Shown here piece after piece: positions 9,691 to 19,054 of a stretch of DNA of 64,000 nucleotides. Where the stretch lies: IMG/VR virus record IMGVR_UViG_3300027759_000045, positions 186,001 through 250,000 of that record. One strand, given 5' to 3'. Every line of letters starts with the position of its first letter. Within the stretch, counting starts at the first letter, position 1. Both the position numbers and the translations under genes were made by a program. The notes beneath the pieces were generated by a model. It saw nothing but the letters and a program-made list of their open reading frames with translations. It made no database searches and was not told where the DNA came from.

Positions 9691-10731
9691 CTTAATCAAC
9701 TGATGTATGTTGGGTTCTAACAACTTGTGTAGGTCTTGTGTATTGGTAGGAAATTTTTCCAATTGCCAATTTTTTAAATTAAGATTATGTCTATAAAGCA
9801 ATGCATTTTGTATGATTACTTCTTTGTAGAAATCTAAATTAAATCTTTCAAGACTCAGATATTCGTTATGCACAATAGCATTGATAATGCGATCAAAGTG
9901 TCTTGAAAAGTATTGATCATGTTTTAATCTCCAAACGTTATATATCAACTGCCATTGGCTAATCTGTGTTGAACTAATTGAAATATCAATAAAATGTAAT
10001 ATTTCAGTTGCTACAGAAAATAGATCATTCCATACATCATCTGTGGTGTACAATAAATGTGGTAATTTTTTATTGATGGCAGAATTGTACAACAGTTGGT
10101 TGTGTGGAGTGTAGTCGTAGAACATCAGTGCTAATTTTTCTCTGTTGTCCCATATGGTATCATTGAATTTATCATCCATGCCTGTAAAAAATGTTTCTTT
10201 GTATGTTTCCCATGAGGCATCAATGCTGTCAACACCAACACCATTGCAATTCATTGGATATCGGTCGTTGTAGATAGCATTTAATTGATCCGTTGACTGA
10301 TACTCAAATTGAACCAATGGTAGATCATGTTGTTGAATCCAATCTACTAGCTTTTTTCTATCTTCAAAAATATAATCTATGGCAAGTTGTTGTTGGGCAA
10401 CAGTTGCCTCTGCTATTGTTATTGCAAACAGTTCTTGTAATGCCTGAGTTGTTGACATGCTATTAACATAAAAACACACAACTGGTAATTCACTGTTAAA
10501 ATTCACTGCCTTGCTGTATTTTTGTTTGGTCTCTTCAAACCCCCAGGACAGTAAAATTTTTTGTTGATGAAAATTTTTAGCAGTAGTGTCTGGATTAACT
10601 ACACAATCAATTAACTGATTATCATCAATTAGGTACTGTGTTTGTCCAGATAAAAAATACAAACTCCAGATAACAAAATGTCCACCGGTGTTGTGAGGAA
10701 AAAATAAAAAAACAAATTTAGTTGAATTCAT
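9682..10731 (-). CDS. Hypothetical protein, paralog of 3235..4122 (AT-rich accessory gene)
   Basis: Likely start MNSTKF at 10731, overlapping the upstream stop. TGGHFVIW loop; C-terminal LEKFPTNTQDLHKLL. Confidence 0.6.
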   Translation of the reverse strand: MNSTKFVFLFFPHNTGGHFVIWSLYFLSGQTQYLIDDNQLIDCVVNPDTTAKNFHQQKILLSWGFEETKQKYSKAVNFNSELPVVCFYVNSMSTTQALQELFAITIAEATVAQQQLAIDYIFEDRKKLVDWIQQHDLPLVQFEYQSTDQLNAIYNDRYPMNCNGVGVDSIDASWETYKETFFTGMDDKFNDTIWDNREKLALMFYDYTPHNQLLYNSAINKKLPHLLYTTDDVWNDLFSVATEILHFIDISISSTQISQWQLIYNVWRLKHDQYFSRHFDRIINAIVHNEYLSLERFNLDFYKEVIIQNALLYRHNLNLKNWQLEKFPTNTQDLHKLLEPNIHQLIKKD

Positions 10732-11056
10732 CTGGCCAATCACGGAACAGTGCATGTTGTATCGTGCCGGAAACAAACTGATTGAAACTTCGATGTTTGG
10801 TTTCTAGTTCACCTTCAAGCGGAGCAACACGTCGAAATGCTGAATCCATTTGAGCCATGTCCTTGAACTCCATCAGTATCATCCATTCGGGCATGTCTGC
10901 AATACTTCTGAATCCCATCTTACATCTAGTAATGCGATAGTCTTGCATCTTGCCTTCTGATTTCAAATGATCAAAGAAACTCTTCATGCCGTTGACCCAG
11001 TCTAAGTCTGAGATGTCGCCTTCTTTGTCTGCCCAAATTGTGTAAATGTCTGCCAT
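10718..11056 (-). CDS. Small dimeric alpha/beta-barrel-like protein (DUF6614-like)
   Basis: DIYTIWAD...ISDLDW...HLKSEGK...RITRCKMG...EW.ILMEF..MAQMDSAF...H; family assignment from recall. Confidence 0.5.
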   Translation of the reverse strand: MADIYTIWADKEGDISDLDWVNGMKSFFDHLKSEGKMQDYRITRCKMGFRSIADMPEWMILMEFKDMAQMDSAFRRVAPLEGELETKHRSFNQFVSGTIQHALFRDWPDEFN

Positions 11057-11057
11057 G

Positions 11058-11489
11058 TTATAGTGGTCCTAAAATTTCAAAACCTTCAAGGTCTTGTTTG
11101 TACAGATGTGCCTGATCCAAGTACAAGTACTCAAATCCACGGTCTCTGTAGATTGCACACTCTGTTTGTAAACTTGAGATACCCAGACGTAGTCGAGGTG
11201 TACGGTAGTTCCAAGCAAACTGTGCGGCTAATAAATTTCGATCATCGTAGCGTTTCATCATGGAAAACGCCACCAGTTCACCCGCATCCCTGTAGCCAAT
11301 AAGATCCATGCCGGGCTCTGTAAACTGGCTATCAAACAGTGGCATTACACTGCCAAAGTGTTTGTAGATACAATAGGTTCTGTAGATGTCTTGCAGTTCA
11401 GCAATGTCGGGGTCGGTGATGTAGTACCAGTCCACTCTAGGCTGGTATGTTGTTTTTTTCAAGTTGATTCTAGCAAACTGATAAGTCAT
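11058..11489 (-). CDS. ATE1/Bpt-like aminoacyl-tRNA-protein transferase C-terminal (GNAT) domain
   Basis: YRDAGELVAFS...FAWNY...LRLGISSLQTECAIYRDRGFEYLYLD...YK..L.GFE parallels the ATE_C pattern (LVAV...SLG..S.L.EI......YLYLG...YK). Confidence 0.65.
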   Translation of the reverse strand: MTYQFARINLKKTTYQPRVDWYYITDPDIAELQDIYRTYCIYKHFGSVMPLFDSQFTEPGMDLIGYRDAGELVAFSMMKRYDDRNLLAAQFAWNYRTPRLRLGISSLQTECAIYRDRGFEYLYLDQAHLYKQDLEGFEILGPL

Positions 11490-11992
11490 AGTCTAGGATC
11501 TTTCCTATGTTGGAACAGTGCTGTGAGATAATGGTTGGGCCATGAGTCATAAAATCCTTTTGCAGCCATTTGTGTTGCTTTGGTGTTGAGATCACTTAGG
11601 CTTTGTACCAGGGCCAGTGCGTATGTGCCTTGATTCATGCAGATACCATTGACCATTTCTACATCAGCCGGATGATCTTCTAGCACCAATATATCTGCAT
11701 CTAATAGAAATTCTTGATTGGCCTGGTCTAAACTAGAAGCAAACAGCTCGTGTGGCCATTCTGTAGGATCGTACGCATAGATAATCACTTCTCGATTGCC
11801 CATGCCGTACCTGGCTCTGTTCTTGAGATCAAAGTATGGGTCTGATCCAACGAACACTTCATAACTGCGTTTCAAACGTGCTGATCGTGCATAAGGACAG
11901 GGCGGAAATCCGCCCAACGCAGGATGCGGAACTTCTACAAAGTTCTGAATCCACTGTTCGATATCGTGTTTGACTTGATCTATGTTCAGCAT
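11486..11992 (-). CDS. DUF1415-like protein
   Basis: WIQNFVE....LGGFPPCPYA and later DHP motif typical of DUF1415. Confidence 0.6.
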   Translation of the reverse strand: MLNIDQVKHDIEQWIQNFVEVPHPALGGFPPCPYARSARLKRSYEVFVGSDPYFDLKNRARYGMGNREVIIYAYDPTEWPHELFASSLDQANQEFLLDADILVLEDHPADVEMVNGICMNQGTYALALVQSLSDLNTKATQMAAKGFYDSWPNHYLTALFQHRKDPRL

Positions 11993-11998
11993 GATGTG

Positions 11999-12229
11999 TT
12001 AGAAAAACGGCAGGCCTGATTTTTTAGTGGTCTCTAAGTTGTCTTTGATAATTTCAGAAACAGCATTGCGTTCATCAACACTGAGATTCAGTGCTGCCTC
12101 GTAGGACAGGCCGCCTCGCATGTACCAGACCATTTTTAGTGCTTCGGATTTGATTGATTTTGCCTCTTTGTCCATTTGTTCCACCCAGTTGGAAATTTGG
12201 TCAGAGTCCAGTACTAGGAGGCGTCCGCG
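11999..12229 (-). CDS. gp51-like baseplate/tail assembly chaperone segment, probably the -1 frameshift extension of 12214..13050
   Basis: WYMRGGLSYEAALNLSVDER resembles gp51/G-T type chaperone C-terminal parts. The frame overlaps the upstream stop at a slippery site. An independent start at MDKEAK is also possible. Confidence 0.6.
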   Translation of the reverse strand, partial: RGRLLVLDSDQISNWVEQMDKEAKSIKSEALKMVWYMRGGLSYEAALNLSVDERNAVSEIIKDNLETTKKSGLPFF

Positions 12230-13050
12230 AAAAAACTTGTCATGTCTAGTGTAATGGCCTGCAGGTAATCTCGTGTGCATTCGCCACACACAATTTTCAA
12301 TGGTTGTATTTCTGCACTTAATTTTGTTTCAATAATGTGATCTCTGATTTTACTAAACAGTCTACGATCACAATTCTTCAACATGTCTTCGATGTATTCA
12401 GGTTCGCTTACCAATGCACCGGGAGTTTTCACTGCGGCAATGCTTTGTGCCAACGCACTCACAGTGATTTCAGTAAGTTTCATCAATGCCGCACTGAGTG
12501 CAGACATGCGTTGCTCTTCGGGCATTTCAGTGCCGGGCAACACTTGTAGTATTTTTTGTTCTTCAAACTGACGTTGATTGTTTTCATTGAGATTTTGATA
12601 GGACATTGGTTTGAAATATATTTCAAGATCGCCTTCGGTTACAGGTTTTGAATAGTCAGGTGCTCGCATGTTTTCCAGCATGTTGCGCAGATCAATACCG
12701 TAGTCTGCTTCATTTTTGCAGTGTGGACAAGTGGTGGAAATTTCCATAGTAGTCCCGTAACTGGCCATGCGTATTGCAACCAAAATAGTGTCAACATCCG
12801 TGGCAGGCATGCCCCAGGGATCCTTGATCGCAGGAACACAACTTTTGATAACATTGACCACAGCGTTGCCGTTGAACAAGGCATCAGGAGTCTTGTATGC
12901 AATTTCATCAATGGCTGTCATTGGATAAACTGGAAGTTCTTGGTTGGCTGGCATCACAATTGCGCCATCTGCATAGTATTTTCCTCCGCTGGGCAATTTA
13001 ACATACACAGCCGGCTGTCTAAAATATTGTGTTAATGGGTTATTTGACAT
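12214..13050 (-). CDS. T4 gp26-like baseplate hub assembly chaperone
   Basis: NPL..YFRQP..YVKLPSGG, PMTAIDE, D.DTILVAIRMAS.G, CPHC and CGEC zinc motifs, terminal SFF. Confidence 0.75.
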   Translation of the reverse strand: MSNNPLTQYFRQPAVYVKLPSGGKYYADGAIVMPANQELPVYPMTAIDEIAYKTPDALFNGNAVVNVIKSCVPAIKDPWGMPATDVDTILVAIRMASYGTTMEISTTCPHCKNEADYGIDLRNMLENMRAPDYSKPVTEGDLEIYFKPMSYQNLNENNQRQFEEQKILQVLPGTEMPEEQRMSALSAALMKLTEITVSALAQSIAAVKTPGALVSEPEYIEDMLKNCDRRLFSKIRDHIIETKLSAEIQPLKIVCGECTRDYLQAITLDMTSFFADAS

Positions 13051-13075
13051 GATTTTTTCCTAGGTAAATATAGTT

Positions 13076-15445
13076 ATGGCAACTATGTACACCCCTGAAG
13101 AAAAAGCAGAAATCGAAGCGCGAGCGGCAGATGAAATAAAACGTCTTGGCGCTGTCAGCAATGAAACTAAAATGGCCATGATGGACATGTCTGTTGGTAT
13201 CAAAGGGTTCACTGCTAGTCTAACCAAAGGATTCGGGCAACTGGGGTCTTCTGCGTTAGGTTTGACCAAGCAACTGGCCGGTGGCGAAACTGGCTTATCT
13301 GTATTCAATGATTCAATTGGTGGCGTAACAAATATGTTAGGCGATCTAGCAGGGTTAATTCCTTATGTGGGCGGCGCACTTAAAACAATGATCAAAGGCG
13401 CAGGCGAGTATACACAGGCAGTAAACAAGCAAGCAGATTTACTGAACAAAAATTATCAAGAAATGTCCAAACTTGGTGCCACAGCATCCGACGGCGTTCA
13501 AGGGGTTTATGACAATCTAAAACGCATGAACTACGGCACCGACGAACTGGACAAGTTTGTGAGTATTGTTAGAGAAAACTCAACAACGTTGGCGCATTTT
13601 AGTGGCACAGTCAGTCAAGGACTTGGAGAAATGGCTGCAGTGTCGCAGTCCTTAAAAACCAGCGGCATGAGCCGAGAGTTTGAACTCATGGGCATAAGTG
13701 TTGATGAAATGAACAAAGGCATTGCTGGTTTTTCAAAGATGCAAGCGTTGACAGGATCACGACAAAAACTATCCTCAGAACAGCAGGCCGAGGCAGCTGC
13801 CAAATATATTAAAGAAACAGACTTACTGGCAAAAATGACTGGCCAGAGTAGAGAAAAACAACAGGCGCTGGAAGAAAGCGCCATGGCAGAAGAACGCTTT
13901 GCCGGCTACAAGTCAGAATTGGCAGAACGAGCTAAACTAGGCGATGAAGCGGCGGCAGAACAACTGAAGCAGGTTGAAAGATCACAGAAAATGCTGGCAG
14001 ATGCTTCGCCCGAAACACGCAAAGGGTTCTTAAACATTCTGTCGGGCACAATGGATACTCCTGAAGCACAGAAGTTATTGTTAACTATGCCAGAGGCAGC
14101 AGCAGTAGCAGGTAAAAAGATGTTCGATGCCGGTGAATTGCAGGACGCAATGTTACGGGATCTAACAGCTGGCCAAAAGAATGCTCAACAAATGGCACAA
14201 ATGGGCATCAACGATTCGAGCTATATCAAGTATACCGAGCAAATGAAGTTAAAGGCGCAGTTTGAATCCGGTACACTGGCAGAACGCGAAGCACAGGCTC
14301 TTAAAGAACAAACAATCACAGATCAAAATACCAAAGATATAGTTGATACCAACATTAAAAACCGTGCATCACGCGACAGTTTGCAAGATTTACTCAATGC
14401 CGGGATTGGTCCAGTTTCTACTGCCATGAAGGGAGCAGCATCTGCTACCGAAAGTGTTATCACGGGCTTTGAAAAATTAGCGGCATCTATGGGCGTTCCG
14501 ACTAAAAAACGCGATGCGGCACCAGCGGCAGGTGGAGCAGGAGGTGGAGCCTCTGCGGCAGCCCCAGCGGCAGCTAAGCCAGCGGCAGGTGGAGCAGGAG
14601 GTGGAGCCTCTGCGGCAGCCCCAGCGGCAGCTAAGCCAGCGGCAGGTGGAGCAGGAGGTGGAGCAGGAGGTGGAGCCTCTGCGGCAGCCCCAGCGGCAGC
14701 TAAGCCAGCGGCAGCTAAGCCAGCGGCGGGTGGTGGAGCAGGAGGTGGAGCAGGAGGAGCCGGAGGAGCACCAGCAAAACCCAGCCCTCGACCACCAGAA
14801 GGATCCGGAGCATCAGAATCTGGCTCTGAAAAAGTTGATTTAACAAAAATATTAAAATTTACTGCTAGATCTGGCAGCCAACAAAGTTTTGAAGGACTAA
14901 CCGACACATTTAAAAATTCTGTTATCTCTGCCGCAACTGAGTATAGTAAATTAACCGGCGGTGTGTTGCAGATTAACAGTGCTAAACGAGATCCAGCAGA
15001 CCAGCAAAGAATCTGGGATGAATCAGTAGCAGCCGGCAGAACGGGTGTAACTGCCAGTGGTATGCCTATAGGCAAACCAGGCCGTAGTCTACACGAAAAA
15101 GGCGAAGCAGTTGATATTCAAAATTACAACGATCCAATAGCTGTGACAGCCATGAACAAATATGGATTGACACAAAAAGTGCCCAAAGATCCTGTGCATT
15201 TCCAGGCTGCAGACGGCGGCATAGTTCCTCCGTTGCCAGGGGGAGCAAATGTACTGGCAGGTGAAGCCGGCCAGTCCGAAGCAGTGGTTCCATTGCCGGA
15301 TGGCAAGACAATACCTGTGCAAATGGTGGGCAATGAAGAACAAATGAGCATGATGTCTGCACAGCTGGATAGACTAGACCAAATGGTACGCATAATGCAA
15401 ACTCAAGTGGGTGTGTCAGAGCAATTATTGAAGTATGCACAGTGA
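13076..15445 (+). CDS. Tape-measure/baseplate-hub-like protein with C-terminal M15 (VanY-like) peptidoglycan peptidase
   Basis: ~480 aa Ala/Gln/Glu/Met-rich helical region, Ala/Gly/Pro linker, then INSAKR...Q..IW...SLHEKGEAVDI...DPVHF, then GEAG.SEAVVPL. Confidence 0.7.
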   Translation: MATMYTPEEKAEIEARAADEIKRLGAVSNETKMAMMDMSVGIKGFTASLTKGFGQLGSSALGLTKQLAGGETGLSVFNDSIGGVTNMLGDLAGLIPYVGGALKTMIKGAGEYTQAVNKQADLLNKNYQEMSKLGATASDGVQGVYDNLKRMNYGTDELDKFVSIVRENSTTLAHFSGTVSQGLGEMAAVSQSLKTSGMSREFELMGISVDEMNKGIAGFSKMQALTGSRQKLSSEQQAEAAAKYIKETDLLAKMTGQSREKQQALEESAMAEERFAGYKSELAERAKLGDEAAAEQLKQVERSQKMLADASPETRKGFLNILSGTMDTPEAQKLLLTMPEAAAVAGKKMFDAGELQDAMLRDLTAGQKNAQQMAQMGINDSSYIKYTEQMKLKAQFESGTLAEREAQALKEQTITDQNTKDIVDTNIKNRASRDSLQDLLNAGIGPVSTAMKGAASATESVITGFEKLAASMGVPTKKRDAAPAAGGAGGGASAAAPAAAKPAAGGAGGGASAAAPAAAKPAAGGAGGGAGGGASAAAPAAAKPAAAKPAAGGGAGGGAGGAGGAPAKPSPRPPEGSGASESGSEKVDLTKILKFTARSGSQQSFEGLTDTFKNSVISAATEYSKLTGGVLQINSAKRDPADQQRIWDESVAAGRTGVTASGMPIGKPGRSLHEKGEAVDIQNYNDPIAVTAMNKYGLTQKVPKDPVHFQAADGGIVPPLPGGANVLAGEAGQSEAVVPLPDGKTIPVQMVGNEEQMSMMSAQLDRLDQMVRIMQTQVGVSEQLLKYAQ
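14522..14760 (+). repeat. 57-bp tandem repeat (PAAGGAGGGASAAAPAAAK), ~3 copies plus partial units
   Basis: Identical units at 14522-14578 and 14579-14635; third unit has an internal 12-bp duplication, followed by 15-bp sub-repeats. Confidence 0.92.
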
Positions 15446-15483
15446 TCACGGTAAATATTACAGTATGCAAAAGGAAAATGTAA

Positions 15484-17292
15484 ATGGCTGAAACAGAAAA
15501 TGGTCGTAAGCGCGGTTGGCTCAAGTATTTCAAAGTGGCCGCAGGTGACGCCAACGGCCAACTGAGTCCTATTTCTGGGCGTTATCAAGCAGGCATACCC
15601 GGCTACGATCGCCAAACCGGCTACACTGGCAACACCGGAACCGGAAATGATTTTGCATTTCGTAACTATGCCAGCAGACTGCCTGAAGTGTACTCGGGCC
15701 ATCCCAATCGTGTTGAACGTTACAATCAGTATGAAAACATGGATCTTGATTCGGAAATCAATGCATGTCTAGATATCATTGCAGAGTTCAGCACACAGAA
15801 CAACGAAGACAACAACACACCGTTTGATATCACATTCAAAGACACTCCCACTGATCACGAAGTGGAAATTATTAAAAAACAACTGCAACAGTGGACCAAA
15901 CTGAACAAGCTGGACCAGCGCATGTTCAAACTGTTCCGCAACACCATCAAGTACGGTGACCAGGTGTTTGTGCGTGATCCAGAAACATTTGAAATGTACT
16001 GGGTTGACATGGTCAAGGTCAGCAGAGTCATTGTGAATGAATCAGAAGGCAAGCGTCCTGAACAGTACATCATCCGTGACATCAATCCCAACTTTCAAAA
16101 CCTAAGCATTGCACAAAAGACCACCAGCGACTACTATGTGAGTAGATCAACAGGTAGTACAGGACAAACAAACTATTCCAACAGCAACGGCGGCGCCGGA
16201 GGTGGCGGAGGTGGCACAGTGGGCAACAGCAGATTTGCACAGGCCATGAACGAAACTTGTATTGATGCCAAGCACGTGGTGCACATGAGTTTGAATGAAG
16301 GATTGGATTACTTTTGGCCATTTGGACAAAGTATCTTGGAGAACATCTTTAAAGTTTACAAGCAAAAAGAACTGCTGGAAGACTCTGTGCTGATCTATCG
16401 TGTGAGTCGTGCTCCAGAGCGTAGAGTGTTTAAAATTGATGTGGGTAATATGCCCAGCCACATGGCCATGGCCTTTGTGGAACGTGTTAAAAACGAAATG
16501 CACCAGCGCAGAATTCCCACAGTGAATGGTGGCGGACAAAATCTAATGGATGCCAGTTACAATCCACTCAGCATCAACGAAGATTACTTTTTCCCACAAA
16601 CAGCCGACGGACGTGGTTCCAGTGTAGACACCCTACCAGGCGGCACAGGACTGGGCGAAATTGATGATTTGAAGTATTTCAACAACAAAATGGCCCGTGG
16701 TCTGCGTGTGCCTAGTAGTTACTTGCCCACTGGTCCTGACGACTCAGACCGTGCAATGAACGACGGAAAAGTAGGCACAGCACTGATACAAGAGTACAGA
16801 TTCAATCAATATTGTGAACGTTTACAGCGTTTAATAATGCAGAAACTGGATGACGAATTCAAGATGTTCATGAAATGGCGTGGTTTTAACATTGACAACA
16901 GCATTTTTGATATTGTACTAGGCCCACCACAGAACTTTGCCAGTTACCGTCAAGCAGAAATGGACACCAGCAGAGTTGGTACATTCAGTACACTGGAGCA
17001 GTTGCCCTATATGAGCAAACGTTTCTTAATGGAACGTTACCTAGGGCTGAGTCAAGAAGAGATTGTGGAGAACGAAAAACTCTGGCGTGAAGAACGCGAT
17101 CAGCCTGAGTTAAGCACCACACAAGGACAAGATCTGCGTAGTATTGGTATTACTCCAGCAGGTATGGAAGCAGATATCAACACCGGTGAAGAACTGGCAG
17201 CTATGCCGCCTGCAGGTAGTCCTGATGTTCCTGGTGCCCCAGCTGGTCCTGGAACAGCACCCACAGCCGCTCCTCCGCCAGCGGCAGCATAA
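15484..17292 (+). CDS. gp20: Portal protein
   Basis: LEDSVLIYRVSRAPERRVFKIDVGNMP, EDYFFP..GRGSSVDTLPGG..LGEIDDLKYF..K..RGLRVP. Confidence 0.96.
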   Translation: MAETENGRKRGWLKYFKVAAGDANGQLSPISGRYQAGIPGYDRQTGYTGNTGTGNDFAFRNYASRLPEVYSGHPNRVERYNQYENMDLDSEINACLDIIAEFSTQNNEDNNTPFDITFKDTPTDHEVEIIKKQLQQWTKLNKLDQRMFKLFRNTIKYGDQVFVRDPETFEMYWVDMVKVSRVIVNESEGKRPEQYIIRDINPNFQNLSIAQKTTSDYYVSRSTGSTGQTNYSNSNGGAGGGGGGTVGNSRFAQAMNETCIDAKHVVHMSLNEGLDYFWPFGQSILENIFKVYKQKELLEDSVLIYRVSRAPERRVFKIDVGNMPSHMAMAFVERVKNEMHQRRIPTVNGGGQNLMDASYNPLSINEDYFFPQTADGRGSSVDTLPGGTGLGEIDDLKYFNNKMARGLRVPSSYLPTGPDDSDRAMNDGKVGTALIQEYRFNQYCERLQRLIMQKLDDEFKMFMKWRGFNIDNSIFDIVLGPPQNFASYRQAEMDTSRVGTFSTLEQLPYMSKRFLMERYLGLSQEEIVENEKLWREERDQPELSTTQGQDLRSIGITPAGMEADINTGEELAAMPPAGSPDVPGAPAGPGTAPTAAPPPAAA

Positions 17293-17300
17293 ATACTTGT

Positions 17301-17522
17301 ATGATTTTAAACGAACTTTACCAGCGTGAACCCGAAGGCTATCAAGATGTCGCACAGGACAACAGCCAGCCTCAAAAGAATCAACTGCGTAAAACTCGTT
17401 TGACACTACGACAGTTGAGCAAGCTACGTCAGATGAACGATGTACGAACTTACGAATACAAAGAGAAACTCAAAGATATTCGCAAACAGTATGCTCCCCC
17501 GGCCGCCCCTCCTGGCCTTTGA
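17301..17522 (+). CDS. Small head-module hypothetical protein
   Basis: 73 aa, between portal and core genes; basic RKTRLTLRQLSKLR; preceded by TAAATA. Confidence 0.7.
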   Translation: MILNELYQREPEGYQDVAQDNSQPQKNQLRKTRLTLRQLSKLRQMNDVRTYEYKEKLKDIRKQYAPPAAPPGL

Positions 17523-17630
17523 CCATGTCATAAATTAGTCAAAACTACCAGTTTTGACGTCTAAATATGCTCAGTTTACTGCTTTTGTGTAAGTAGTAAA
17601 CATGAGCCATAACCTTTTGGAGGAAACAAT

Positions 17631-18398
17631 ATGACATCAAAATTTGAACAGTTAATTGAATTTGTAATTAACGATGAAGAAGCAAAAGCTAAAGAACTTT
17701 TTCATGATATCGTTGTTGAGAAATCACGCGAAATCTACGAAAGTCTAATGGAAGAAGAAGAAGGCGAAGAACTAGCCACTGAAGAAGTTGATGAAGGTAT
17801 GGAAAACGACGGCGACGCTGCCGACGATTTGATCACCGACGTGGAAACTGAAGAAGAAGGCATGAACGAAGAAGACGACATGGATGCTGAGTTTGATGAC
17901 GAAGCAGAAGAAGCCGGTGATGATCTAACAAAAGACATGGAAGGTGACCGTGACGCAGGAGAAGGCGATATTGAAGATCGCGTTGTTGACCTAGAAGACA
18001 AACTAGACGAACTAATGGCTGAATTTGAAGCCATGATGGGCGGCGAAGGCGGCGAAGAAGAACAAGAATTTGACATGGATGCTGGCGGCGACGCAATTGA
18101 AATGGATGATACATCCGAAATTATGCCAGAAATGGGCATGATGGAAGCTGTAAGTTTATCCAAAGTAGCTCCTGCTAAAATGGGCGACGACGGTGCCAAC
18201 ACCAAAAGTGTAGTGCCACAGAACTCAGGCGCAAAAGGTATGCAAGGCTCTCCAGTTCGAATGACTGGTGACACTGCACAAGGCCGTCCTGCTCCGTCTG
18301 TGAAAGACATGGGCATGACAACAAGTCCTAAGCAAGGTGCCGCACCCAAGCCAGTGACCACACAGGCCGCAGGCGTAAACACTAAATCTCCAGTATAA
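17631..18398 (+). CDS. Acidic prohead core protein (gp67/gp68-like position)
   Basis: Extremely Asp/Glu-rich, GGAGG SD, lies between portal and protease. Confidence 0.65.
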   Translation: MTSKFEQLIEFVINDEEAKAKELFHDIVVEKSREIYESLMEEEEGEELATEEVDEGMENDGDAADDLITDVETEEEGMNEEDDMDAEFDDEAEEAGDDLTKDMEGDRDAGEGDIEDRVVDLEDKLDELMAEFEAMMGGEGGEEEQEFDMDAGGDAIEMDDTSEIMPEMGMMEAVSLSKVAPAKMGDDGANTKSVVPQNSGAKGMQGSPVRMTGDTAQGRPAPSVKDMGMTTSPKQGAAPKPVTTQAAGVNTKSPV

Positions 18399-18404
18399 GC
18401 GATT

Positions 18405-19052
18405 ATGGCTCGTTACTTACAAGAACACTTGACATTCTCACAAGCGCAGGTAAAACTGCTGAGTGAGGATGCTCCTGACGGTTCTGGTAAAACGCTTTAC
18501 ATGGAAGGCATCTGCATTGAAGGTGATAAACGCAATGCCAATGACAGAATATACCCTGCTCACGAAATTCGCAAAGCAGTTGGCACTATCAATGAACAAC
18601 TGCTTAGTGGCAATTCGGTATTGGGAGAAGTAGATCACCCAGATGATCTTAAAATTAACTTAGACCGTGTGAGTCACATGATTGATAAAATGTGGTGCGA
18701 CGGTGCAATTGGTTATGGAAAATTGAAGATATTACCAACGCCAATGGGTCAACTGGTTAAAACCATGTTGGACAGCGGTGTTAGATTAGGTGTTTCAAGT
18801 CGTGGGTCAGGAAACGTCGACGACAGAACAGGACATGTCAGTGATTTCGAAATAGTCACTGTAGATGTAGTTGCACAACCCAGTGCTCCAAATGCATATC
18901 CCACAGCAATCTACGAAGGCCTCATGAACATGAAGTACGGACATAGACTGTTGGAAGTGGCACGTGAAGCCGGCGCGGACAACAAGGTACAAAGATATTT
19001 GAAAAGTGAAGTAGTAAAACTGATCAAAGATCTTAAAATTAGGGAGGAATAA
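18405..19052 (+). CDS. gp21: Prohead protease
   Basis: N.N.R.Y, LGEVDHP, VSH, TP.G, GVSSRGSG, DVVAQPSAPNA. Confidence 0.95.
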   Translation: MARYLQEHLTFSQAQVKLLSEDAPDGSGKTLYMEGICIEGDKRNANDRIYPAHEIRKAVGTINEQLLSGNSVLGEVDHPDDLKINLDRVSHMIDKMWCDGAIGYGKLKILPTPMGQLVKTMLDSGVRLGVSSRGSGNVDDRTGHVSDFEIVTVDVVAQPSAPNAYPTAIYEGLMNMKYGHRLLEVAREAGADNKVQRYLKSEVVKLIKDLKIREE

Positions 19053-19054
19053 GC

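Noticed and set aside
14522-14760. CRISPR-like or guide-RNA array
   Set aside because: Repeats are contiguous, in frame and have no unique spacers; this is a coding linker.
15465-15491. Short upstream ORF (MQKENVNG) overlapping the portal start
   Set aside because: Only 8 codons, 7 nt from the TAAATA box (off the 4-5 nt pattern), and the portal has its own AAGGA SD; probably chance.
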